DNA of 64,000 nt from the NCBI GenBank assembly GCA_030637025.1, contig DAOVVV010000007.1, positions 1-64,000 on the forward strand, written 5' to 3'. Shown one piece after another: positions 48,623 through 57,700 of this stretch. Source of the stretch: Clostridia bacterium (GTDB lineage: Bacteria; CBDUZB01; JAGLHV01). Made by a program: the position numbers and the translations under genes. The notes beneath the pieces are model-generated. The model did no database searches and was not told the origin of the DNA. It saw only the letters and a program-made list of their open reading frames with translations. Numbering within the stretch: position 1 is the stretch's first letter; each line of letters opens with the position of its first letter.

Positions 48623-51613
48623 ATGAAAATAGCTGATAAAATAACTTTTTCTTTTCTTATAACAGTTTTAATTTTAATAGGTATGGGGATGGGGTTTTCT
48701 TTTATCAAAAATAAAAATGATATGAAAAAAGAAATATTCGAACATTTAACCTCAACTGTACAATCAAGAGAAGCTCATATTCAAACATTCTTGGATTTAC
48801 AGGAACAAGCAGTTAGACAACTATCACAAAGTGAAATTTTAAAACAATTTTTATTAACTACTAAAAAAGATGAAAATTATAGGTCTCGATTGCAAAAAAC
48901 TAATCAGAGATTAAGAAACACTGTAAAAGGAAAAAGATATATTTTTAAAATTTTCCTATTGAATAAGCAGGGAATAATTGTGTCTGCCAGTGATGAAAAG
49001 TTTTTAGGGAAAGATAAAAGTGAAGATATATTTTTTTTAAGGGGGAAGAAAGGTTTTTTTATTAAGGATGCTTGTAGGTGTATGGACAAAGAAGTACCCC
49101 ATCTTTCTTTTTCCTGTCCGGTTTGGGATGAAGAAAAAACAAATTGTCTGGGAATAATAGCTCTAATAGTTTTAATGAAAGGGATAGATGAAATAACCAC
49201 GATGCAAACGGCTTTAGGAGAAACAGGAGAGATATATTTAGTAAATAAAGACGGATTTATGATTACCCCTTCCCGTTTTAGGGAAAACACTTTTCTCAAC
49301 TTAAAGGTGGATAGTAAAGGGGTAAAAAAATGCCTGGAAGATATACAAGATTTTGGTGAGGAGGAACATAAACATCAAGCTTTTATCTATAAAAATTATC
49401 AGGCTATTTCCGTTTTAGGAACACATGCACATATTTCTCGGTTGTCCTGGGGGGTTATCGCTGAAATAAGTGAGAAAGAAGCAATGTTTCCTCTTCATCA
49501 GCAAAAAACATTTTTTTTAATAATGGGTTTGATTGTTTTAACAAGTGCCTGGGTTTGTGGATTTTTTATCTCCCGATTAATTGTGCGGCCAATTCACGAC
49601 TTGCATAAAGGGATGGAAAAAATAGGAGGGGGAGATTTAGATTATAAAGTAGGAACAAAAGCAAAGGATGAAATTGGCCAACTTTCCCGGGAATTTAACA
49701 AAATGACTCAGAATTTAAAGGCTTCAACTACTTCAGTACACAGACTTAATCAGGAAGTTATCCAACGGCAGAAAGCAGAACAGCTATTACTGGAGGCTAA
49801 AGAAAGAGTGGAATTGTTATTGAAGATTGTTCCCAGTGCTATTTTTACCGTTGATACCCAAAATATAGTGACCAGTTTTAATAATAAAGCAACGGAGATA
49901 ATCGGGTATCAGCCAAAAGAAATTATCGGAAAATCCTGTAAAATTTTTGCGATTCCGTGTCCCGAACATGGGTGTCCCCTTCTCTCTAAAGAAGTTAAAA
50001 AACCAATTAGAAGACTGGAATTTTTGGTTAAAAGAAAAAACGGAGAAATTCGAACAGTGATAAAAAATGCCGATATTATAAAAAATGAAAAAGGAGAATT
50101 TATTGGCGGTGTTGAAAGTTTCGAAGACATTACCCATATCAAGCAAGCAGAGGAAAAAATAAAGATATTTTCACATTCTACGGAAAGTGCAATGGAGGGA
50201 ATAGCTATTGTTAATCTTGAAGCCAGGTTTACCTATATAAATGCAGCATTTGTTGAAATGTTTGGCTATTCAAAAGAAACATTATTAGGAAAAGAACTTA
50301 CCTTTATTTATAGTCAAGGTAAGGATGCGCAGTCAAAGTTGCAAGCGGCGGTAGAGGGAACGAAGAAGGGTAAATGGAAAGGAGAATTACTTGCCCGGAG
50401 AAAAGGTGGTAGATGTTTCCCAATAGAAGTAAATTCATCAATAGTAAAAAATGATAGCGGACAGGTTATTGCACTTGTGGCAAGCTACACGGATATTACT
50501 CAACGCAAGCAGGCAGAGAGAGAATTACAATTATATTCCCATTCTGTGGAGAGTTCGATAACGGGTATAACTATAGCTAATCTTAAAGGCCGGTTTATTT
50601 ATATAAATAAGGCGTTTAGGGAAATATTTGGCTATACAAAAGAAGAGTTAATAGACAGAGAAATTTCCTTTATTTTTCCTCCGGATAATATTAGTCAGTC
50701 AAAGGTGCAAGAGGCAATAGCGAAAGCGAAGACAAGAGAAGGATTTAAAGGGGAGTTGTTGGGCAGGAAAAAAGACGGTATATGTTTTCCAATAGAAGTA
50801 AGTGCCTCGGCAGTGAAAGATGCTACAGGACGAATTATTGCTCTTATGGTAAACCACACGGATATTACACAACGCAAGCAAGCTGAAGAAAAGATGAAAG
50901 AAGCAGTAAAGGTAAAATCGGATTTTTTATCGATGATTTCGCATGAACTAAGAACTCCGCTTACGGCGATAAAAGAAGGGATTGGTATTGTTTTGGACGG
51001 GTCTGCCGGAGAGATAAACGTTGACCAGGAAGATTTTTTAGCTACGGCTAAGAGGAATGTAGACAGATTGCATCGCTTAATTAATCAGGTACTTGATTTT
51101 TCTAAATTGGAAGCCAGAAAAGCTGATTTCAGAATGGAGGAAAACGACCTTAATCAAGCGATAACAGAAATAGTAAAAATGCAGCAACCGGTAGCTAAAG
51201 AAAAAGGGCTGTACCTTAAAATGAATCTGGGTGATAATTTTGAAAAAATCTTGTTTGATAGAGATAAAATCAGTCAGGTATTGACTAACTTAACCAATAA
51301 TGCCTTTAGACACACAGACAAAGGAGGAATAACGGTAAGCAGTAGAAAAGACAAGGACGGTAAATTTATCCGGGTGGGAATAAAAGATACCGGTGAAGGA
51401 ATAAAAGAAGAAGAATTAGGCAAATTATTTGAACAATTTCAGCAGGTGGGAAAAAAATTCAGAACACCGGGTAGTACGGGACTTGGTTTAGTTATATCTA
51501 AAGAAATAATAGGAGGACATAAAGGGAAAATCTGGGCGGAATCACGGTATAATGTAGGTTCTGAATTTATTTTTACTTTGCCTACGATTAAAGAAAAAAG
51601 GGATAAAGTTTAA
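48623..51613 (+). CDS. Sensor histidine kinase (Cache-HAMP-3xPAS-HisKA-HATPase), paralog of 45735..48395
   Basis: Same architecture with one extra Cys-rich PAS; kinase core nearly identical to the upstream paralog. Confidence 0.93.
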   Translation: MKIADKITFSFLITVLILIGMGMGFSFIKNKNDMKKEIFEHLTSTVQSREAHIQTFLDLQEQAVRQLSQSEILKQFLLTTKKDENYRSRLQKTNQRLRNTVKGKRYIFKIFLLNKQGIIVSASDEKFLGKDKSEDIFFLRGKKGFFIKDACRCMDKEVPHLSFSCPVWDEEKTNCLGIIALIVLMKGIDEITTMQTALGETGEIYLVNKDGFMITPSRFRENTFLNLKVDSKGVKKCLEDIQDFGEEEHKHQAFIYKNYQAISVLGTHAHISRLSWGVIAEISEKEAMFPLHQQKTFFLIMGLIVLTSAWVCGFFISRLIVRPIHDLHKGMEKIGGGDLDYKVGTKAKDEIGQLSREFNKMTQNLKASTTSVHRLNQEVIQRQKAEQLLLEAKERVELLLKIVPSAIFTVDTQNIVTSFNNKATEIIGYQPKEIIGKSCKIFAIPCPEHGCPLLSKEVKKPIRRLEFLVKRKNGEIRTVIKNADIIKNEKGEFIGGVESFEDITHIKQAEEKIKIFSHSTESAMEGIAIVNLEARFTYINAAFVEMFGYSKETLLGKELTFIYSQGKDAQSKLQAAVEGTKKGKWKGELLARRKGGRCFPIEVNSSIVKNDSGQVIALVASYTDITQRKQAERELQLYSHSVESSITGITIANLKGRFIYINKAFREIFGYTKEELIDREISFIFPPDNISQSKVQEAIAKAKTREGFKGELLGRKKDGICFPIEVSASAVKDATGRIIALMVNHTDITQRKQAEEKMKEAVKVKSDFLSMISHELRTPLTAIKEGIGIVLDGSAGEINVDQEDFLATAKRNVDRLHRLINQVLDFSKLEARKADFRMEENDLNQAITEIVKMQQPVAKEKGLYLKMNLGDNFEKILFDRDKISQVLTNLTNNAFRHTDKGGITVSSRKDKDGKFIRVGIKDTGEGIKEEELGKLFEQFQQVGKKFRTPGSTGLGLVISKEIIGGHKGKIWAESRYNVGSEFIFTLPTIKEKRDKV

Positions 51614-51683
51614 ATTTTAAAGACAGTTGAATTTGTTTAGATTGGTTTTATTTGTTACATTGTTTTAAAAAGGAGAAATTTTT

Positions 51684-52883
51684 ATGACTACTAAGTTTGT
51701 AACAGGGATAGCTGCTGGGGGGGATAGTTTTGCAGTAGGAAAAGAAGCTGCTTGGAAAGCAAGTAATAAAATGCCGCAAGAGAAAAAAAAGGATTTGATA
51801 ATTATATTTTGTTCTTCAGTGTATAATTATACAGAAGTGATAAAGGGAATAAAAGAAGTAATTCCCAATGTTCCTCTTATTGGCTGTTCCAGTGCCGGGG
51901 AATTTACCGAAGAAGGGGTTGGTAAAAAAAGTGTATGCTGTGCTTTGATTTCTTCTGATACCCATAAATTTTTTCTGGGGTGGGGAAAAGGACTCAGAGA
52001 GAATGAAATAGAGACAATAGAGCAGGCTACTAAGGATTTTCCGCAAACGGTAAATGATTATCCTCATTTATCTTGTATTGAATTTATCGATGGATTAGCG
52101 GGAAAAGGGGAAGAAGCCACTTCGGCTGTATGTAATATTTTAAGTAATCTGGGAGGGTTAAGCGGAGGAGCGGCTGCGGATGATTTAAAATTTAAAGAAA
52201 CTAATATATTTGTAAATAATCAGATAAATTCCGATGCTGTGGCTTTATGTTTAATGGCTTCAAAAGTTCCGGTAGCAATAGGGGTAAAACATGGACATAA
52301 GCCACTTAGTCCGGCTTTAAATGTAACTAAATCCGAAGGTTGTATTCTTTATGAACTAAACGGAAGGCCTGCCTTTGAAGTTTGGAAAAAACACACTAAA
52401 CAGAGAGCTAAAGAGAAATTTAGTATAGATGTGGATAAATTGTCTGAACCTTCGGAAATAGGAAGTTTCCTTATTAAATATGAAGCAGGATTGCTTACCG
52501 GAATGGAATATAAAGTACGGGTTCCCCTTTCTATTAATGCAGATGGGTCTTTGAACTTTGTTTGTAATGTTCCTGAAGGGTCAGTATTAAAAATTATGGA
52601 AAGTCCAAAAGATGCTCAGATTAATTCGGCAAAAGAGGCAGCACAAAATGCAGTTGATTCTTTAAGAGGACATAAAATTGCCGGGGTAATTATTTTTGAT
52701 TGTGTTTGCCGTGCCCTTATTTTAGAAGATAAATTTTCTCAGGCGATTGAATCTATCATGGAAGTTATTGGAAAAGATATTCCCATTATTGGATTTGAAA
52801 CATACGGAGAAATAGGTATGGAAGCAGGACAATTAAGTGGATTTCATAATACGACTACCAGTATTTTGCTGATACCGGCATAA
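51684..52883 (+). CDS. FIST N/C domain protein (NosP-like sensor family)
   Basis: LIGCSSAGEF, GGAAAD, ELNGRPA, DCVCR, GFETYGEI, FHNTT. Confidence 0.9.
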   Translation: MTTKFVTGIAAGGDSFAVGKEAAWKASNKMPQEKKKDLIIIFCSSVYNYTEVIKGIKEVIPNVPLIGCSSAGEFTEEGVGKKSVCCALISSDTHKFFLGWGKGLRENEIETIEQATKDFPQTVNDYPHLSCIEFIDGLAGKGEEATSAVCNILSNLGGLSGGAAADDLKFKETNIFVNNQINSDAVALCLMASKVPVAIGVKHGHKPLSPALNVTKSEGCILYELNGRPAFEVWKKHTKQRAKEKFSIDVDKLSEPSEIGSFLIKYEAGLLTGMEYKVRVPLSINADGSLNFVCNVPEGSVLKIMESPKDAQINSAKEAAQNAVDSLRGHKIAGVIIFDCVCRALILEDKFSQAIESIMEVIGKDIPIIGFETYGEIGMEAGQLSGFHNTTTSILLIPA

Positions 52884-52975
52884 TAATGTGTTAATATAAG
52901 GAAAATAGTTATTTTATAAAATGACCGGAGAATAAATAAAAATAAATTAGTCGGCAAAAAAAAAGGAGGAGATAA

Positions 52976-53344
52976 ATGGATGAAGCTAAAAGGATATTAG
53001 TGATAGAAGACGAGATGGATGTTTTAAAAATGACTGTGTTCAGGTTAAAGAAGGCAGGTTATGATGTTTTAACTGCTGATGACGGAAAAAAAGGTTTAGA
53101 AACTGCTGAACAGGAAAGGCCTGATTTTATTTTTCTTGATTTAAACCTGCCGGTGATGGACGGATATGAGGTGTGCCGTGAATTAAAAAAGGATGAAGAA
53201 TTAAAGAAAATACCCGTAGTTATACTGAGTGCCAGTTCGGACGGGATAAAGGAAAAATCAATAGAAATCGGAGCGGATGATTATATAATTAAGCCTTATG
53301 AACCACAGGAATTATTGAACAAAATAGAAAAATTTTTGGGGTAA
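52976..53344 (+). CDS. Single-domain response regulator
   Basis: IEDE, FLDLNLP, LSA, KP. Confidence 0.93.
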   Translation: MDEAKRILVIEDEMDVLKMTVFRLKKAGYDVLTADDGKKGLETAEQERPDFIFLDLNLPVMDGYEVCRELKKDEELKKIPVVILSASSDGIKEKSIEIGADDYIIKPYEPQELLNKIEKFLG

Positions 53345-53393
53345 AAACTGAGATAAAAGAAGTAAGAAATATATTATTTTAGAGAGGTATAGT

Positions 53394-53762
53394 ATGTTAG
53401 CAAAAAAGAAGGGTTTTACTTTAATAGAGATTTTATTGGTAGTAGCGGTGAGCGGGATATTGACTACTGCGGCTGTTCCTAAATTTTTTAATGTTCGTAG
53501 GAAAGCACAGGAAAATGTTTGTTTGGCTAATCGCCATCTTATTGACCGGGTCGATACTTTGTATTTTGTTCAGGAGGGGAAACATTCAGCAAGCGTTCAG
53601 GAATTGGTGGATGCCAAGTATTTAGGTGATTTGCCCGAATGCCCTTGCGGAGGAGTATATCTCTGGGTCCCTGCTTCAGAGGATAATGCACAATATAATG
53701 TGGTTATTTGTTCTATGCATGGAACAAATATATCTGGGGAGAAAAAAGTTGCGGCTGAATAA
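53394..53762 (+). CDS. Type IV pilin (ComGC/PilJ-like small head)
   Basis: KG|FTLIE; CLANR...CPCGGVY...CSMHG. Confidence 0.88.
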   Translation: MLAKKKGFTLIEILLVVAVSGILTTAAVPKFFNVRRKAQENVCLANRHLIDRVDTLYFVQEGKHSASVQELVDAKYLGDLPECPCGGVYLWVPASEDNAQYNVVICSMHGTNISGEKKVAAE

Positions 53763-54158
53763 GTTGTGGAAAGGGTTATCAATGGGAACACATAAAATGC
53801 AGGAGAAAGATTAGAATGTTATTCGGATTAAATTTATAGCTAATAATTTTCCGCTAAATTTTTTACGCAGTGATATTACTAAAAATTTATATTGCAATCT
53901 TTCTTGGATAATGTTATTATAATTTGTCTTGTTTACAGTAGTGCATATATTATATCTGAAAAAATAATGTCTACAATAAAAAAAATAATTTCTTACCTTT
54001 TATAGTCGGGTCTTTGTAATTAAAACTAAATTAATAAAATATTTGTATTGAAAAAGTCATTGAGCATTTGTTATTATAAATTGTTTCCTTGGCGATGATG
54101 TTTGTGGTGATTTCAGTTTTTATATCTTTAAAAAATATTAAAAAAAGGGAGGTTGAAT

Positions 54159-54785
54159 ATGTGTCCCGAAAAGAAAAAAATTAATAAAAAAATTGAAAAT
54201 TTTAAAGATTTTCACCGGCTCATACCTGAGTTTATAAAAGAAATTAATAAAGATCAACAATTGGCTATTAGGGCAGCGGTTAATCCTTTGCTGGCTTTTG
54301 AGGAATTAGGATATGTTTTACCGCTCGAAGTTCAAAAAAAAGTGGGAATATTTATTCGTTTTCGTCCTAAAGATCGCAAGCGTTTGACAGAATTAGAGGC
54401 GGAGATTTATAAAGCAGCAGGATGCACTTTTGATATTGATTCTCCCCGGGAAGTGGAAACAGTTTTGTTTAAAACTTTAAAGATGCGTAAACCCAAGGGA
54501 ATGGAAAAAATGGTTGCTTTAAATGTAATTAAAAAAGGGATGGCAATAGCAATGAAGCAGAAAAAGAAAAAAGTAGAAGAAGTCGATCCTTTGCAAGAAT
54601 TAAAAGAAAAACATGCTATCATTGCTCCTTTATTGTCTTATCGTAAAATCCAGGCAGGCAGCTCTGGTTTTGCTTCCCGCTCTCTTTATGAAGAACTAAA
54701 AGCCGGGAAAAAGAAATTTCCTATAAGTAAAATGCGCGTGCGTTTTCCCGAACAACACGAACACGAGGAGGTAGAAAATGCCTAA
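54159..54785 (+). CDS. Hypothetical protein containing an isolated DNA polymerase A thumb-like subdomain
   Basis: RLTELEAEIYKAAGCTFDIDSPREVETVLFKTL...LQELKEKHAIIAPLLSYRKI matches the Pol I thumb consensus; no palm motifs; RBS gggagg favours ATG 54159 over TTG 54153. Confidence 0.75.
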   Translation: MCPEKKKINKKIENFKDFHRLIPEFIKEINKDQQLAIRAAVNPLLAFEELGYVLPLEVQKKVGIFIRFRPKDRKRLTELEAEIYKAAGCTFDIDSPREVETVLFKTLKMRKPKGMEKMVALNVIKKGMAIAMKQKKKKVEEVDPLQELKEKHAIIAPLLSYRKIQAGSSGFASRSLYEELKAGKKKFPISKMRVRFPEQHEHEEVENA

Positions 54786-57700
54786 TACCCGTGGTTTTGA
54801 AGTAGTAGCGGAAGTAATAGTATCGGTTTTAACGGAAATTCTTAAAGCAGCCTGGGATAACGGAGGAACTAATGATCCTGGATCTATTCCTCATGAGGTT
54901 GTTATAGAAGAAGGGTTAATGTTTGGTACATATCGGATAACCAGTGGTCAGGTTAGTATTCCCCAGGAAGGTCTTAGTCTGAATATGGCTCCGGCTGATA
55001 ACGGAGTAACCGTAAGATTAGCTACGGGAATCCAGGTAGATCTGGATCCAACTACCATACCTGTCCCTTCTTTATCTCAATTTAATATGACGGCGGATAT
55101 TGACATAACCGCTCCTTTTGGAATTATTCCGGAAACTGAGTTTAATGTAGGGGTTATTTTTGAGGGGTTGCCCCGGGATAAGGTAGTTGTTGCTCTTACC
55201 AGTGGGGATCCTATTGAACCGATTTCAGATACCCTTATTGCCGAGTATATACACAACCTTTATGAACAGAACGGAGATACTTTCCCACATACCCTTACCC
55301 TGGAAGATCAGAGTTGGGGTGCTTTTACTTTTGATGCCTTTGTTGAATTTTTTGATGATCTTTCCGACCCGGCACGGCGAATTACTGTACAGCGTCCCGA
55401 TTCAAATCATGTGGCCGTATCTATACCTATTCATTTAAGGTTAAATGATATAAATTGTTCTTATACTACTGTTCTTTCCCCAATGGGAGTGACCGCTAGA
55501 ATTGTTCTTACCGCACCTTATCAACAGAGCTCAGACCTGATTACCGCTACCTTGAGCGCAGCAGTGGTTACCGTAGAGGATTTAGCACCTGCTTCGGGAA
55601 TTGAAGGAACTAATTATAATTTAAATAAAGCAGGAGCAGCTGCTTTAGGAATAGATCTTGACCAATTATTTGAGACGGAAATTACTCAGCGGGGTACGGT
55701 GCTGGCACAATCAATGGGAGATATTGAAGTTCAATATCCTACGGTGGCTCAGATAGAACAATTTATCGGTGACCATGTTTACCATGAGTTGCTCAATCGG
55801 CGTTACATAGGAGCCTGGACCCCGGAAACCCCGGAAGATTCCCCGGTAGAAATCAGAGAAGTCCGTCCCAAAGCATTGTCCGATGCTTTAGCCATAGGAA
55901 TTAATCCGGGTACAGGTGCTGATGAAAATCTTTTAATCAATTTTGTTCCCTCTGACCAGTCTTTTGCTATTGCTCTGGATGCGGATTTTGTCAACCAAAC
56001 AATTAGAGACATTATTGATACTCCCGAACCCGATGGTTTTGGGGGGGTTCCCAAACATTTTGATAATATAGAAGGACATGAAGCGCAACTGGAATCGCTT
56101 AATTGGGCACTGCAATCCGGTGTTATTCATTTTTGGGGGGATGTAACTGTTTACGATGTTTTTTGCAAAGCCGATGCCGAATGCAGTTTTTGGGCAGACA
56201 TAAAACTTAAATGGAATCCTCCGGATGGCTCCGGTGCTCAGGTTCTGGAACCATATCTTCATGATGATGATGTAGATTTACCCTGGTGGGCCTGGCTTAT
56301 TGCCGTATTGGGTTTTATTTTTGGATTGATTATCGGGATTATTATGATAGTAGTTACTGTGGTAGTTGAGCGGGTTGCCGAACGGATAGGTGGAGCAGTA
56401 ATGGAAGACGAAGTGGCTGGTCAATTACAGGTTTTGGGAGCATGGCCTCAGCAATTGCAGGGAATTGGAAACATTATTTCTACCTTTCAGGAAGCAGTAG
56501 GTATTGATTCTGAGGGACTTCTGTTTTCCGGTTCGATATTAGTAATAGCTACTTATGGTCTTACTTTAACCGATCCGGCTTGTGCCGGCGGGCCTTACTT
56601 TTGTTTTGCCGGTGGTCCTTCCATTGATTTTTTTGCCGGTCCCGGCAACCCTAAAATTGATTATCACTGGAATTTTTGGGGGGGAATTACTGCCCTGGGA
56701 CATCATGTAACTCATAAATACAATGATAATGGTTTATATATAGTTCGTTTGACCAGCACGGTCAACGAGCCTGGAGGAGCAATTACTCATAACTCTGTTT
56801 TGGTTCATGCGGAAAATGTGCCGCCGGTGGTTGATGCCGGCGAGGATAAAGTGATAAATGAAGGAGAAGAGGTTTTATTCTCCGGTAAATTTACCGATCA
56901 GGAATGGCCGGATACTCACGAAGCTATCTGGGATTTTGGAGATGACTCACTTCCCGTAGAAGGAATGATTACCCAAACTAATAATCCGCCTCAGGCAGAG
57001 GGTGTAGTTACGGCCAGTCATGCCTTTTGTGACCAGGGGGAATATACAGTAATCCTGCGTATGCGCGATGATAACGGCGGAGTTAGTGAAGATACGCTTA
57101 AAGTTACTGTGCTTAATGTTCCACCTACAGTAGATGCGGGAGAAGATATGTTTGCTTATATTTGTACGCCGATTACTTTGGTAGGGCGTTTTTTTGATCC
57201 CGGTTGGTGTGATCAGCACACCGGTTCCTGGAATTTCGGTGATTGTACACCTACTCATCCTGCTATTATTCGGGAGAAAAATGAACCGCCTATGGGTACG
57301 GGTATTGTAGTGGCTACCCATACCTATAATCGTTGTGGAATTTATTGGGTAGAATGTGTGGTTATTGATGACGATGGAGGAGTTGGCAGGGATGTTATTA
57401 CGGTACGGGTAGTAAATATATTAAACCGCGATTTCGAAGCAGGTTTTCGTAACCGTACGGTAGGAACAGTAGCTAATCACTGGGAACCTTATTCAGTTAG
57501 TGCCTCTACACATACATTGGGAATGGTAGAAGCTATAGATGTTGGTGCAGCTCTTTTTAGTGCCGAAGAATTTGTGGTTCACGGTGGACAGCGTTCTCAA
57601 AAAATAGAAGGAGTGGGAAAATTTAGTGCCGGTATTTATCAACAGGTGGGAGCGAATTCTAATTGGGACTATCAGGTATCGGTCTGGTATCATATAGATG

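Noticed and set aside
54159..54785. polA pseudogene or prophage DNA polymerase
   Set aside because: Only the thumb-like segment is present, embedded in unrelated sequence and coupled to the next gene. No palm or exonuclease motifs and no phage genes are nearby.
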